Assembly: GCA_040768605.1 (NCBI GenBank)
Contig: JAXGMP010000005.1
Location: 136,132-200,131 of the forward strand
Length of the DNA stretch: 64,000 nucleotides
Reading direction: 5' to 3'
From: Anaerolineae bacterium
GTDB lineage: Bacteria > Chloroflexota > Anaerolineae > UBA1429
Every line of letters begins with the position of its first letter. Positions within the stretch are counted from its first letter, which is position 1. The notes under the pieces were generated by a model. It made no database searches and was not told where the DNA came from. It worked only from the letters and a program-made list of their open reading frames with translations. Below are positions 39,017 to 47,905 of this stretch, piece after piece. Position numbers and translations under genes: made by a program.

Positions 39017-40315
39017 CTATTCGCTATCGGGCGAGGCGTCGGCCTGCTGGCTGCGGCGGCGGCGCGGGCGCGAACGCCGCCGGCGTGCCGGGGCCTCCTC
39101 GCCCTGGGCCGGGCGCCCCTCATCGCGCTGTGCACCGCGCTCCGCAGGGGCCCGCCCCTCCGCAGAGGCTGCCGCCTGGGAGCCGCTCGCGTCAGCCCCG
39201 TTCTCATCGCGCCGCTCACGGCGTCGCGGGCGCGGGCGACGCCGGGAGCGGCGCGCCTTTTCCTGCCCGTCGCTCGGCTCACCCTCCTCGGAGGGCGCCT
39301 GCTTCTCAGGCATAGCGGGCACCGGGCCAGCGGCCCTGCGCCCCCTGCCCCTCGCTCGCGACGGCCGCGCGGACGCCCCCTGGCGGGCTCCTTCTTCCTC
39401 GTCACCGCCGTCGCGCCCGCGCCGAGGCTCGGGCCGCCGTGTTCCGATGGCTGCGTCGAGGGTGCTCTCTTGGGCTGCCGTCAGCCCTTGGCGGGCACGG
39501 GGCTGCTCCAGCGGGGCCGCCCCGGATAGTTGGTCCGCGGTCATGTCCACCGTGGAGCCATCCTCCAGGAGAACGGTGACCATCTCGCGCAGCACACAGA
39601 TCTTTACGACCTTCCCCTGGCCAAGCGGCGTGTCCACCTGCTTACCAACCTTGGGGAACTTGCCCTTTACGTCTCGGTAGTACTCGTTCTCGTACCCGAG
39701 GCAACAGAGCAGCCGCCCGCACTGGCCAGAGATCTCCATCGGGCTCAGGGGCAGGTCCTGCTGCTTGGCCATGCGGATCGACACCGGCGAGAACTCGTTC
39801 AGCCATGTCTTGCAGCAGAGGACCCGGCCGCACTTGCCCAGCCCGCCGACGATGCGGGCCTCGTCGCGCACGCCGATCTGGCGGAGCTCGATGCGGGTGC
39901 GAAAGTCGCGCGCCAGCTCCCGCACCAGCTCCCTAAAGTCCACCCGCTGCTCGGCAGTAAAGAAAAAGGTCAGGCGTGAGCCGTCAAAGGAATACTCAGC
40001 GCTGACCACCTTCATGTCGAGCCGCAGCCGCACGGCCTGGGCCCGGCAGGTCTCGGTAGCCTGTTCTTCCTTGCCACGGAAGCGTTCCGCGTTCTGCAGA
40101 TCCCCGTTCGTGGCGCGGCGCACCACTGACTTGAGCTCGCCGACGACCTCTTTCTCCGGGATCTCCCGGACGGCCATGGCCACCTGGGCCAGCTCGGCAC
40201 CCCGCGCTGTCTCTACGACGACCTGATCGTCGACCTCCAGGTCCTCCAGATCACCCGGGGCAAAGTGATAGACCTTGCCAGCACCTCGGAAGCGGACCCC
40301 ACAAACAAGCGGCAT
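39017..40315 (-). CDS. ricT: PSP1/RicT (YaaT) family Fe-S protein with long Arg-rich tail
   Basis: GVRF..AGKVYHF, RVDFRELV, RIELRQIGVRDEA, CGR.LCC twice; follows holB. Confidence 0.9.
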   Translation of the reverse strand: MPLVCGVRFRGAGKVYHFAPGDLEDLEVDDQVVVETARGAELAQVAMAVREIPEKEVVGELKSVVRRATNGDLQNAERFRGKEEQATETCRAQAVRLRLDMKVVSAEYSFDGSRLTFFFTAEQRVDFRELVRELARDFRTRIELRQIGVRDEARIVGGLGKCGRVLCCKTWLNEFSPVSIRMAKQQDLPLSPMEISGQCGRLLCCLGYENEYYRDVKGKFPKVGKQVDTPLGQGKVVKICVLREMVTVLLEDGSTVDMTADQLSGAAPLEQPRARQGLTAAQESTLDAAIGTRRPEPRRGRDGGDEEEGARQGASARPSRARGRGRRAAGPVPAMPEKQAPSEEGEPSDGQEKARRSRRRPRPRRRERRDENGADASGSQAAASAEGRAPAERGAQRDEGRPAQGEEAPARRRRSRPRRRRSQQADASPDSE

Positions 40316-40332
40316 ATGCTGCCGTCCTCTCT

Positions 40333-41361
40333 CTAGACGTGGATGGCCCGCAGGGTGGGCCACCCAAGAAGCATCACCTCAAGCACCAGCCGTGGCTGCG
40401 CATTTTGGTCGAGCTGCTGGAGCGCTACATCGATGCTGCGCACCGCGGAGGTAGCACGCTCCAGCCCGCAGGCCTCCGCCTGCTCTTCCAGCGCGCTCCG
40501 ATGGTCTGCGTTGGATACGAGCGCCTCGGAACCGCCGGCGATCAGCATGACGTCACGCCACCAGGTCTGCCACAGGCGCAGCAGATCGGGCAGCCGTTCG
40601 GCATTCTGGGCCAGCCCCTCCGCGGCCATGATCTTCTCGGCACGCCCCTGGCCAAGGAGCGCCTGCAGATGGGCCAGGCGGTCCTGTCGTTCCGCCAGCA
40701 GGCCCGGATCGTGCGCGGCGCTGATCGCCCAGCCAATGCGGCCGGCCGACAACCTGGCCAATAGCTCGGCCCGGGCAGCGTCAAGCTCCCAGCGCTCTTG
40801 CAGATAGTGCGCGATCTCCTCGCGCGCCACGGCGCGCATGGGCACCGTCTGGCAGCGGGAGACGACGGTGGGCAGCAGGAGGCTGGCGTCGGTAGCCGTC
40901 AGGATAATGATCGCGCGGGAGGGTGGTTCCTCGAGGGTCTTGAGCAGGGCGTTGGCGGCCTCGGTAGTGGCCAGGTCAAAGTCCAGCAGGATGGCGACGC
41001 GCCAGCGCCCCTCATAGGGAGACAAAGACAGCTCGTGCTGGACGGCGCGCACCTGTGCGATCTTGGTGCGCCCCTCCTCCGGGGCGATCAGGCTGACATC
41101 CGGGTGCGCGTCCTGGGCAATGCGCCTACAGGCCGAGCAGAGGCCGCAGGGCGCCGCCGCGGGCGCCTCGCAGTTCAGCATGGCGGCCAGCCGCCTGGCG
41201 AGGTGGCGTTTGCCGATGCCGTCCGGCCCCGTCAGGAGGTAGGCATGCGCCACCCGCTCACCCGCGACCGCGCGGCTGAGCAGCGACACTGCCCAATCAT
41301 GCCCAATAGTCTGCCACAGCTGCGCTTGCGACAGTTTATTGCCCGTCGATGACACTCCCAT
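40333..41361 (-). CDS. holB: DNA polymerase III delta' subunit
   Basis: HAYLLTGP.GIGK, Zn motif C..PCG.C..C, HPD, ANALLKTLEEPP, TVVSRC; start uncertain. Confidence 0.93.
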   Translation of the reverse strand: MGVSSTGNKLSQAQLWQTIGHDWAVSLLSRAVAGERVAHAYLLTGPDGIGKRHLARRLAAMLNCEAPAAAPCGLCSACRRIAQDAHPDVSLIAPEEGRTKIAQVRAVQHELSLSPYEGRWRVAILLDFDLATTEAANALLKTLEEPPSRAIIILTATDASLLLPTVVSRCQTVPMRAVAREEIAHYLQERWELDAARAELLARLSAGRIGWAISAAHDPGLLAERQDRLAHLQALLGQGRAEKIMAAEGLAQNAERLPDLLRLWQTWWRDVMLIAGGSEALVSNADHRSALEEQAEACGLERATSAVRSIDVALQQLDQNAQPRLVLEVMLLGWPTLRAIHV

Positions 41362-41371
41362 GTTACCAGTT

Positions 41372-41400
41372 ATTCTACCATGACAGACAGAGGCGCACAA
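41372..41400 (-). promoter_or_regulatory. Promoter for holB-ricT, implying a near-leaderless transcript
   Basis: Minus strand TTGTGC, 17 nt, extended -10 TGG-TAGAAT, 10 nt before the ATG at 41361. Confidence 0.5.
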
Positions 41401-41555
41401 ACGCCTCGACAGGTCCCCGCGGCGCGGACTTGGCCAGTGCGGCGCCACCTCGATGGCCGTTCGTTGGGTGGCGCCCCGCTCCGGGGTATAATGAGGCCCG
41501 GTTGGCCGGCGAGCGGCGCGCCTCGCCCTACCGATACAGGAGTGGATTCCACGTG

Positions 41556-42071
41556 ATGCATGCTGATCTCGACCGGCTGGCGCAGGACCTCGGCAGGATG
41601 CTCATGGCCCGTGGCTGGCATATCGGGCTGGCCGAATCGTGCACCGGGGGGCTGGTGGGGCACGCCATCACCAACGTGGCGGGGAGCTCGTCGTTCTTTC
41701 TCGGCGGGATCATCGCCTATGCGAACGAGGTCAAGCGAGACGTCCTCGGCGTAGAGGAGAACCTGCTCCGCGACCATGGTGCCGTAAGCGAGCCCGTCGC
41801 CCTGGCGATGGCACGGCGCGCCAGGGCCGTGCTGAGCACCGAGGTGGGCCTCTCCGTCACCGGCATCGCCGGCCCCTCGGGCGGCACCCCGACCAAGCCG
41901 GTGGGCACGGTGTTCGTCGCCCTGTCGTGCCCGCTCGGCGAGCTCGTGCGCCACTTTCTATGGCACGGCGACCGCAGCACGAACAAGATGCTGTCTGCCA
42001 GGGCAGCGCTGGCCCTGGCCTGTGAAGCGCTGGCGCAGGGCCCTTCGGAGGCCGCCGCCCCCAGGACCTAG
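41556..42071 (+). CDS. pncC: CinA C-terminal domain / NMN deamidase PncC
   Basis: AESCTGG, GSS.FF.GG..AY.N..K, GAVS, TGIAGP.GG...KPVG.V. Confidence 0.9.
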   Translation: MHADLDRLAQDLGRMLMARGWHIGLAESCTGGLVGHAITNVAGSSSFFLGGIIAYANEVKRDVLGVEENLLRDHGAVSEPVALAMARRARAVLSTEVGLSVTGIAGPSGGTPTKPVGTVFVALSCPLGELVRHFLWHGDRSTNKMLSARAALALACEALAQGPSEAAAPRT

Positions 42072-43219
42072 CCCCCCGTCCGGCGCAGCAGGTAGATACG
42101 CGGCCGCAGGTAGCCCCGTTCCCAGGGCACCTGCACCTCCACGACCCGGTCCGTCCGCCAACTCCCGCGCTCGCGGCCCAGGGTGTCCTCAAACGCCGCA
42201 TGGCTGGCGGTGATGGCCACCAAGGCCGCCCCCGGGGCGGCTACGCGCGTCGCCTCCCTGAGCAAGGCGGGGTAGAGGCGCTCGTTCTCCCTACGCGAAC
42301 CGACCAAGAACCCCCAAGGCAGATCCGTCATGATGGTGTGGACGCTGGCCGCGGCCAGGGGCAGTTCTGTGGCGTCGCCAAGCACGAGCTGCGCATCCGC
42401 CAGGTGCCCGGCGGCCTGCAGGTTGGCTCGGGCACAGGCCAGGGCCTGCGGATCGATATCTACGCCAAGGGCGCATGCGGCAGGGCCGAGGCCCAGCCGC
42501 TCGGCGAGCAACGTGCCGGAGCCGCAGGCCAGGTTGAGGAAGCGCTCCGCAGGCCGTGGGCGGGCCAGGCCGGCCATCACGACGGCGATGGAGGCGTCCA
42601 GCGCGCCGGGCATGTTGCGGACGCGCCACTGGCGCGCCGACAAGGGGCGCGGCGTCCGGCGGGCCAGCACCTGCCACCCCGTGCCCCTGGGGGTCGGGCG
42701 CAGCGCCAGAAGCAGGTCCGCACCCGGCTCTTGCGGCGCCAGGCCGGTGTGCCGGGCGATCTCGCCCTTGAGCCGTTGTAGCACGGCCGAATCGGACCCG
42801 GCCGCGCTGAGGCGGAACGTACGGAAGGCGCCGGGGGCCTGCCGGGCCAGGATGTTGTGAATCATGACCACCAGGCGCATGAGGTGCTCGTGGCCCAGCA
42901 GCGCCTTGGGCCGGGGCACGTCAAAGGTCTCCACACGATGGACGGCCACCACCGAACGGAGCGTGTCCAGCAGGCGCTCGGCCCCCACGTAGGCAAAGGC
43001 CACCCGGCCGGGGGCGGTACGGCCCAACAGCCGCACGCTCTGCCCCAGGCGCTCGCGCAGTTCATCCTCGGCGAACTCTTCCAGGCCAAAGATAACCTCG
43101 GCCTCCCACAAGGGGGGCGGGGCTGCCGGCCCTTTGTGCGCCGTGCCCCTGGGCGCCCCGCTCTTTGGCGGCCCGCCCTCGCGGGGCCCGCGCCGGTGCG
43201 TCACGCTCTTTTGCGTCAC
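42068..43219 (-). CDS. UPF0020/THUMP-type RNA methyltransferase
   Basis: PLSARQWR, NLACGSGTL, GVDID, TDLPWG; start GTG after AAGGA is tentative. Confidence 0.75.
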   Translation of the reverse strand: MTQKSVTHRRGPREGGPPKSGAPRGTAHKGPAAPPPLWEAEVIFGLEEFAEDELRERLGQSVRLLGRTAPGRVAFAYVGAERLLDTLRSVVAVHRVETFDVPRPKALLGHEHLMRLVVMIHNILARQAPGAFRTFRLSAAGSDSAVLQRLKGEIARHTGLAPQEPGADLLLALRPTPRGTGWQVLARRTPRPLSARQWRVRNMPGALDASIAVVMAGLARPRPAERFLNLACGSGTLLAERLGLGPAACALGVDIDPQALACARANLQAAGHLADAQLVLGDATELPLAAASVHTIMTDLPWGFLVGSRRENERLYPALLREATRVAAPGAALVAITASHAAFEDTLGRERGSWRTDRVVEVQVPWERGYLRPRIYLLRRTGG

Positions 43220-43256
43220 AGTGTGTGGTTCCTTTCGGCGCGGTGCGCTCTGCGGC

Positions 43257-44057
43257 CTAGGCCTCGTGCCGCTGGCGATAGGCCTCAAAGAGGAACACCG
43301 CCGTGGCGATGGCGGCGTTCAGCGACTCGGCATCCTCGTCCATGGGCAGCCGTACGCGGACGTCGGCCAGGGCCTGCGCCTCCGGGCCGGCGCCGTGCGC
43401 CTCGCTGCCGACGATGAGCACCGTGGGAACGGTCCAGTCCAGCCGCCAGGGGCTCTCTTCGCCGCGCACATCGGTGAGGACGCAGCGTTTGCCCGCTACC
43501 AGCTCTTCGATCTCTGGCCAGGCCAGGTTCGGCAGAATGCGCAGAGCAAAGTGCGCCCCCATGCCGGCGCGCACCACCTTGGGCGCATAGGCGTCCACGC
43601 ACCCGGTGGAGAGGAGCACGCTGTCGACGCCGGTGGCCACGCAAGTGCGCAGGATGGTGCCGAGGTTGCCCGGGTCGCGTAGGCTGTCGAGCAGGACGGC
43701 CAGGCTCGCCCCGCGGGCGGCGGCCCGGTCGGGGGGCGGTATCGGCGCCACGGCCAGGATGCCCTGGGGCGTCTCGGTATCGGCCATGTGGGCCAGTACC
43801 TGCGGGGTGACCTGCCACATCGGCGTGGCGCCCCTGGCCAGCTCCGCTACCAGGCGCTCCCCGGGCGGCTCGGCCGCATAGTCCGCGGTAAAAAAGACGG
43901 AGGCGAATCCGCCCTGCAGCTGGAGCGCCTGAGCCACCAATCGGTGGCCCTCGAGGATATAGCGCTCCTCGCGATAGCGGACCCGCCTCGTGTGTAAGGA
44001 TCGGGTGTACTTGGCTTGCGGGTTGCTGGTACTGGAGATCGCGCCCAGAACCGCCAA
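43257..44057 (-). CDS. TrmH/SpoU family RNA methyltransferase
   Basis: ISS.SNP, DPGNLGTILR, GSEAHG, ESLNAAIA; start approximate. Confidence 0.9.
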   Translation of the reverse strand: MAVLGAISSTSNPQAKYTRSLHTRRVRYREERYILEGHRLVAQALQLQGGFASVFFTADYAAEPPGERLVAELARGATPMWQVTPQVLAHMADTETPQGILAVAPIPPPDRAAARGASLAVLLDSLRDPGNLGTILRTCVATGVDSVLLSTGCVDAYAPKVVRAGMGAHFALRILPNLAWPEIEELVAGKRCVLTDVRGEESPWRLDWTVPTVLIVGSEAHGAGPEAQALADVRVRLPMDEDAESLNAAIATAVFLFEAYRQRHEA

Positions 44058-44064
44058 GGCCGTG

Positions 44065-44421
44065 CTACGCCCGGGCCTCGCCAGCCATGCGTGCCAGGCT
44101 GGCAAACGCCTGGGGATCGCTCACGGCCACTTCGGCCAGCATCTTGCGGTTGATATCCACGCCCGACAGGCGCAGCCCGTTGATGAGACGGCTGTAGCTG
44201 AGGCCGTTCTCGCGCGCCGCGGCATTGATGCGCACAATCCACAGCCGGCGCATGTCGCGCTTGCGCACTCGCCGGTCACGGGTGGAGTAGAACATCGACT
44301 TGAGCATCGCCTCATTGGCGCGGCGGAACAGCCGATGCTTCGTATCGTACTGGCCCTTCGTTATCTTGAGGACCTTCTTGTGTCTCTGACGGTGGGCGAC
44401 GCTTGCCTTAATCCTGGTCAC
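44065..44421 (-). CDS. rplT: 50S ribosomal protein L20
   Basis: RLWIVRINAAAR, YSRLI.GL, INRKMLA. Confidence 0.97.
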   Translation of the reverse strand: MTRIKASVAHRQRHKKVLKITKGQYDTKHRLFRRANEAMLKSMFYSTRDRRVRKRDMRRLWIVRINAAARENGLSYSRLINGLRLSGVDINRKMLAEVAVSDPQAFASLARMAGEARA

Positions 44422-44476
44422 GTTGTGTTACCCCTTTTCGTGTGATCCGGCCGTTCGACGGCCGGCGACTCTTTCC

Positions 44477-44686
44477 CTAGTGCTTGCCGAGGTAAGGAGC
44501 GAGACGCGTGACGCGCTTGATCTCGCCAGGCGTATCGACTTCGACCATGCGGGTAAAGAGGCGCTTCACACGCGCGGAGCGCTTGCGTCGCAGGTGTCCT
44601 TTCGGACCACGAGTACGGACCAGCTTGCCCGAACCGGTTAGCTTGAAGCGCTTAGCGGTGGCCTTGTGGGTCTTGATCTTAGGCAC
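44477..44686 (-). CDS. rpmI: 50S ribosomal protein L35
   Basis: MPKIKTHKATAKRFKLTGSGK; lies between infC and rplT. Confidence 0.97.
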   Translation of the reverse strand: MPKIKTHKATAKRFKLTGSGKLVRTRGPKGHLRRKRSARVKRLFTRMVEVDTPGEIKRVTRLAPYLGKH

Positions 44687-44716
44687 TTGTAGGAACCTCC
44701 AACACGAACAAAAATG

Positions 44717-45238
44717 CTACTCGGTCTTGACGGCCGGCGCCAAGACCATCAGCATGGCATAGCCTTCCATCTTGGGGAACTGCTCGACCACAGCCACATC
44801 GCTCATCGTCTCAGCGATGCGCCGCAGCATCTCACGCGCGTTGTCCGAGTAGGTGATCTCGCGCCCGCGGAAGCGAACGCGCACCCGCACCTTGGCCCCG
44901 TCGGCCAAGAACGCGCGCGCCCGGTTCGTCTTCACCTGGATGTCATGCTCGGCCATCTTGGGGTGAAGCCGCACCTCTTTGACATCGACCTGTTTCTGGG
45001 CTTTACGCGCCTCCCGTTCACGGCGGGCGCGCTCGTACATGAACTTCCCATAGTCCAGCATGCGGCAGACCGGGGGACGAGCGGTCGGTGCGATCTCCAC
45101 CAGGTCAAGCCCACGCTCTTGGGCCATCATGAAGGCTTCCCTGGTAGGGTAAATCCCTAGCTGCTTACCCGTTTCATCGATCAGCCGGACCTCTGGTACC
45201 CTGATCTCCCTGTTCAGGCGATGCTCTCTGTTACTGAT
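44717..45238 (-). CDS. infC: Translation initiation factor IF-3, ATC start
   Basis: N.EIR.PEVRLI, LDLVEI, PPVCRMLDYGKF, FRGRE; AAGGA RBS 7 nt before in-frame ATC. Confidence 0.95.
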   Translation of the reverse strand: MSNREHRLNREIRVPEVRLIDETGKQLGIYPTREAFMMAQERGLDLVEIAPTARPPVCRMLDYGKFMYERARREREARKAQKQVDVKEVRLHPKMAEHDIQVKTNRARAFLADGAKVRVRVRFRGREITYSDNAREMLRRIAETMSDVAVVEQFPKMEGYAMLMVLAPAVKTE

Positions 45239-45327
45239 TGTTGAGTCCTTTCCCATATGTGATGGAACACAGAAGCGGATTCGAGGCAACCCGAATCTGC
45301 CGGCCAGCCATACGCTGACGGACGTGT

Positions 45328-45356
45328 AGTCTACCATGCGAGCCATTGAGTGTCAA
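45328..45356 (-). promoter_or_regulatory. Promoter of infC-rpmI-rplT
   Basis: Minus strand TTGACA, 17 nt, TGG-TAGACT. Confidence 0.75.
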
Positions 45357-45423
45357 GTTGAACGCGGCTCGCCGGCCATCGACCTCGGGCAGGGCCGCCG
45401 TGGCCCTGCCCGAGACCTCCGTT

Positions 45424-47169
45424 CTACAGATCGGAGGGGCTGCGCGATTCGACCAGCCCCTGCGCGCGGGCGATGTACTCGTCGACCGACATGCTCCCCA
45501 GGTTCTCGTTCGTGCGCAGCCGCACCGAGACGGCGCCGGTCTCCGCCTCGCGGTCGCCCACCACGAGCATGTAGGGGATCTTGAGCAGTTGGGCAGCGCG
45601 GATCTTGGCGTTCATGCGGTCGGAGGAGTCGTCCACCGCGACGCGCAGGCCGGCCTCCCGCAGCCGCCCGGCCACCTCGTGCGCATAGTCATTGTGCCGG
45701 TCAGCAATGGGGATCACCCGCGCCTGCACCGGGGCCAGCCACAGCGGGAAGGCTCCCCCGTAGTGCTCGATGAGCACCCCGAAGAAGCGCTCCAGCGAGC
45801 CGAGCAGAGCTCGGTGGACCATGTAGGGGCGGTGTTCCTTGCCGTCGGCGCCCACGTAGACCATGCCGAACCGGTCGGGCATGTTAAAGTCGAACTGGAT
45901 GGTCGTCATCTGCCACTCGCGGCCCAGGGCGTCTTTGATCTTCAGGTCGATCTTGGGGCCGTAGAACGCCCCGCCGCCCTCATCGATCTCGTAGGGCAGC
46001 CCCTCGACCTCCAGCGCCCGCCGCAGAGACTCCGTGGCCTGCTCCCAGCGCTCCTCCTCACCCACGGCCTTGCCGGCTGCGGGCCTGGTGGCCAGGTAGG
46101 GGCGGATGTCGGTGAAGCCCAGGTCGCGCCACAGCCTCATCGAGAAGCGCAGCACCCCCAGGATCTCATCCTGAATCTGCTCCGGCGTGCAGATGATGTG
46201 CGCATCATCCTGGGTAAAGCCGCGAACGCGCAACAGGCCGTGCAGCACGCCGCTGCGCTCATAGCGGTACACGGTGCCCAGCTCGGCCCAGCGCAACGGC
46301 AGGTCGCGGTACGAGCGCGTCTGCGTCTGGTAGACCAGGATGTGGAAGGGGCAGTTCATGGGCTTCAGGTAGTAGTCCTGCCCGTCGATGTCCATCGGCG
46401 AGTACATCCCCTCGCGGTAAAAGTCGAGGTGCCCGGATGTCTCCCACAGCCAGGAGCGGCCGATGTGCGGCGTGTACAGAATGTCATAGCCGCCCTCATA
46501 GTGCCGCTTGCGCCAGAAATCCTCGATGATGGCCCGCAGGCGCGCCCCGTTGGGGTGCCAGTAGACGAGCCCGGCGCCGGCCTGCTCGTGCAGGCTGAAC
46601 AGGTCCAGCTCGCGGCCCAGGCGGCGATGGTCACGCTTCTCGATCTCGGCCAGCCAGTCCAGGTGCTGCTTGAGATCCTCCTTGCTGGGGAAGATGGTGC
46701 CATAGATGCGCTGCAGCATGGGGCGGCTCTCGTCACCGCGCCAGTAGGCCGCCGCCGTGCTCAGGAGCGCAAAAGCGTTCCAGCGCAGGACGCCGGTGTG
46801 CTCGACGTGAGGCCCGCGGCACAGGTCAGAGAAGCCGTCATGCGTGTAGATCGAGATCGGCTCCCCTTCCGGGAGCTCCTCGAGCAGCTCCAGCTTGTAG
46901 GGCTGATCGGCGAACGCCCGGCGAGCCTCCTCCTTGGTCACCTCACGGCGCACAAAGGGCTGCCGCGCCTTGATGCTCTCCGTCATGCGCTCGGAGATGG
47001 CGGCCAGGTCCTCCTGCGTCAGGGGGCGCGGCAGGTCAAAATCATAGTAGAAGCCATTGTCGATGGCGGGGCCGATGCCCAGCTTGGCCCCCGGGAAAAG
47101 CTGCAACACGGCCTCGGCCATCACGTGCGCGGCAGAGTGCCGCAGTGTTTCCAGCTCACGCGCTTCCAT
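45424..47169 (-). CDS. thrS: Threonine--tRNA ligase lacking the TGS/N1 domain
   Basis: RHSAAH, DLCRGPH, RDHRRLG, KPMNCP, RVRGFTQDDAH, FYGPKID; AGGAG RBS before MEAREL. Confidence 0.97.
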   Translation of the reverse strand: MEARELETLRHSAAHVMAEAVLQLFPGAKLGIGPAIDNGFYYDFDLPRPLTQEDLAAISERMTESIKARQPFVRREVTKEEARRAFADQPYKLELLEELPEGEPISIYTHDGFSDLCRGPHVEHTGVLRWNAFALLSTAAAYWRGDESRPMLQRIYGTIFPSKEDLKQHLDWLAEIEKRDHRRLGRELDLFSLHEQAGAGLVYWHPNGARLRAIIEDFWRKRHYEGGYDILYTPHIGRSWLWETSGHLDFYREGMYSPMDIDGQDYYLKPMNCPFHILVYQTQTRSYRDLPLRWAELGTVYRYERSGVLHGLLRVRGFTQDDAHIICTPEQIQDEILGVLRFSMRLWRDLGFTDIRPYLATRPAAGKAVGEEERWEQATESLRRALEVEGLPYEIDEGGGAFYGPKIDLKIKDALGREWQMTTIQFDFNMPDRFGMVYVGADGKEHRPYMVHRALLGSLERFFGVLIEHYGGAFPLWLAPVQARVIPIADRHNDYAHEVAGRLREAGLRVAVDDSSDRMNAKIRAAQLLKIPYMLVVGDREAETGAVSVRLRTNENLGSMSVDEYIARAQGLVESRSPSDL

Positions 47170-47332
47170 GGTGTGCTCTCCTATTGCTGCATATGGCGGC
47201 CGCCTGCCCGGCGGCAAGCGTGCTCGCCCGATGGTCCGCTCAACGCGACGTCGCGGCATGCCCGGCTCCTGCCGGGCGCGTAGTCAGGGTGTACATACGG
47301 CCTCACCTCCGCGGCACCGGCCAGCGGCGCCG

Positions 47333-47600
47333 AAAAGAAAAACGACCCCTGCCCCTGGGGCGAGAGGTCGTCACTCACGCGGTTCCACCCATGTTCCGCC
47401 GCCCGCCGTGGGCGGGTGGCGCTCAGGTCGCCGATAACGGGGCGATCCGGGGCTTCCTACTGGGCCGGGCCGTTGCGAAGCCAGCTCACAGGGGGTTTTC
47501 TCCGCCGCTCGGTCGAGGGGGCTTGCAGCCGGGGCCCCCACTCTCTGGCGCCTGCCTGGCGGGTACTCGTCCTGATCCGTGCCTTTGCCGATCTGCTGAT
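47333..47600 (-). ncRNA. T-box riboswitch (Thr) upstream of thrS
   Basis: Minus strand: AGAGAG and GGCTGCAAG stem I boxes, specifier GAAA-ACC (ACC at 47496-47494), T-box GGGTGGAACCGCG (47390-47378), terminator gacgacctctcgcccc..ggggcaggggtcgt-TTTTCTTTT. Confidence 0.9.
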
Positions 47601-47614
47601 GTACTGACAAGGAC

Positions 47615-47643
47615 AGTATACCACGGGAGGGCCCGCCTCGCAA
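47615..47643 (-). promoter_or_regulatory. Promoter of the T-box-thrS transcript
   Basis: Minus strand TTGCGA, 17 nt, TGG-TATACT directly upstream of the T-box. Confidence 0.7.
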
Positions 47644-47905
47644 GACTTCCTCGCCGGGCGCCCCTCCGGTTGACATCGTCCGCTTGCTGGCGCATGATCC
47701 CGCCAGGAGCGGGCAGTCCCGGCATACGAAAGTAGTATCCATGCCAAACCAGCGCAAAACTCCTTAGCCCTGCCGCGCTCCCGGCCCGCTTACCCCGGGC
47801 CTGGGGCCCTCACCCCGCACGGACGGCCACACTCCTCGCCCCATGTACCGTGCGGCGCACGGACGGCCTCGCGACCGCCACGCAACAGACAACAGGGGAG
47901 GTACT

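Noticed and set aside
45346-47283. 645 aa plus-strand ORF, and similar long ORFs at 10446-12335, 15923-17602, 24773-26524 and 58113-60302
   Set aside because: All are antisense to clear genes such as thrS, pyk and rhaB. Stop-poor shadow frames are expected at this GC content.
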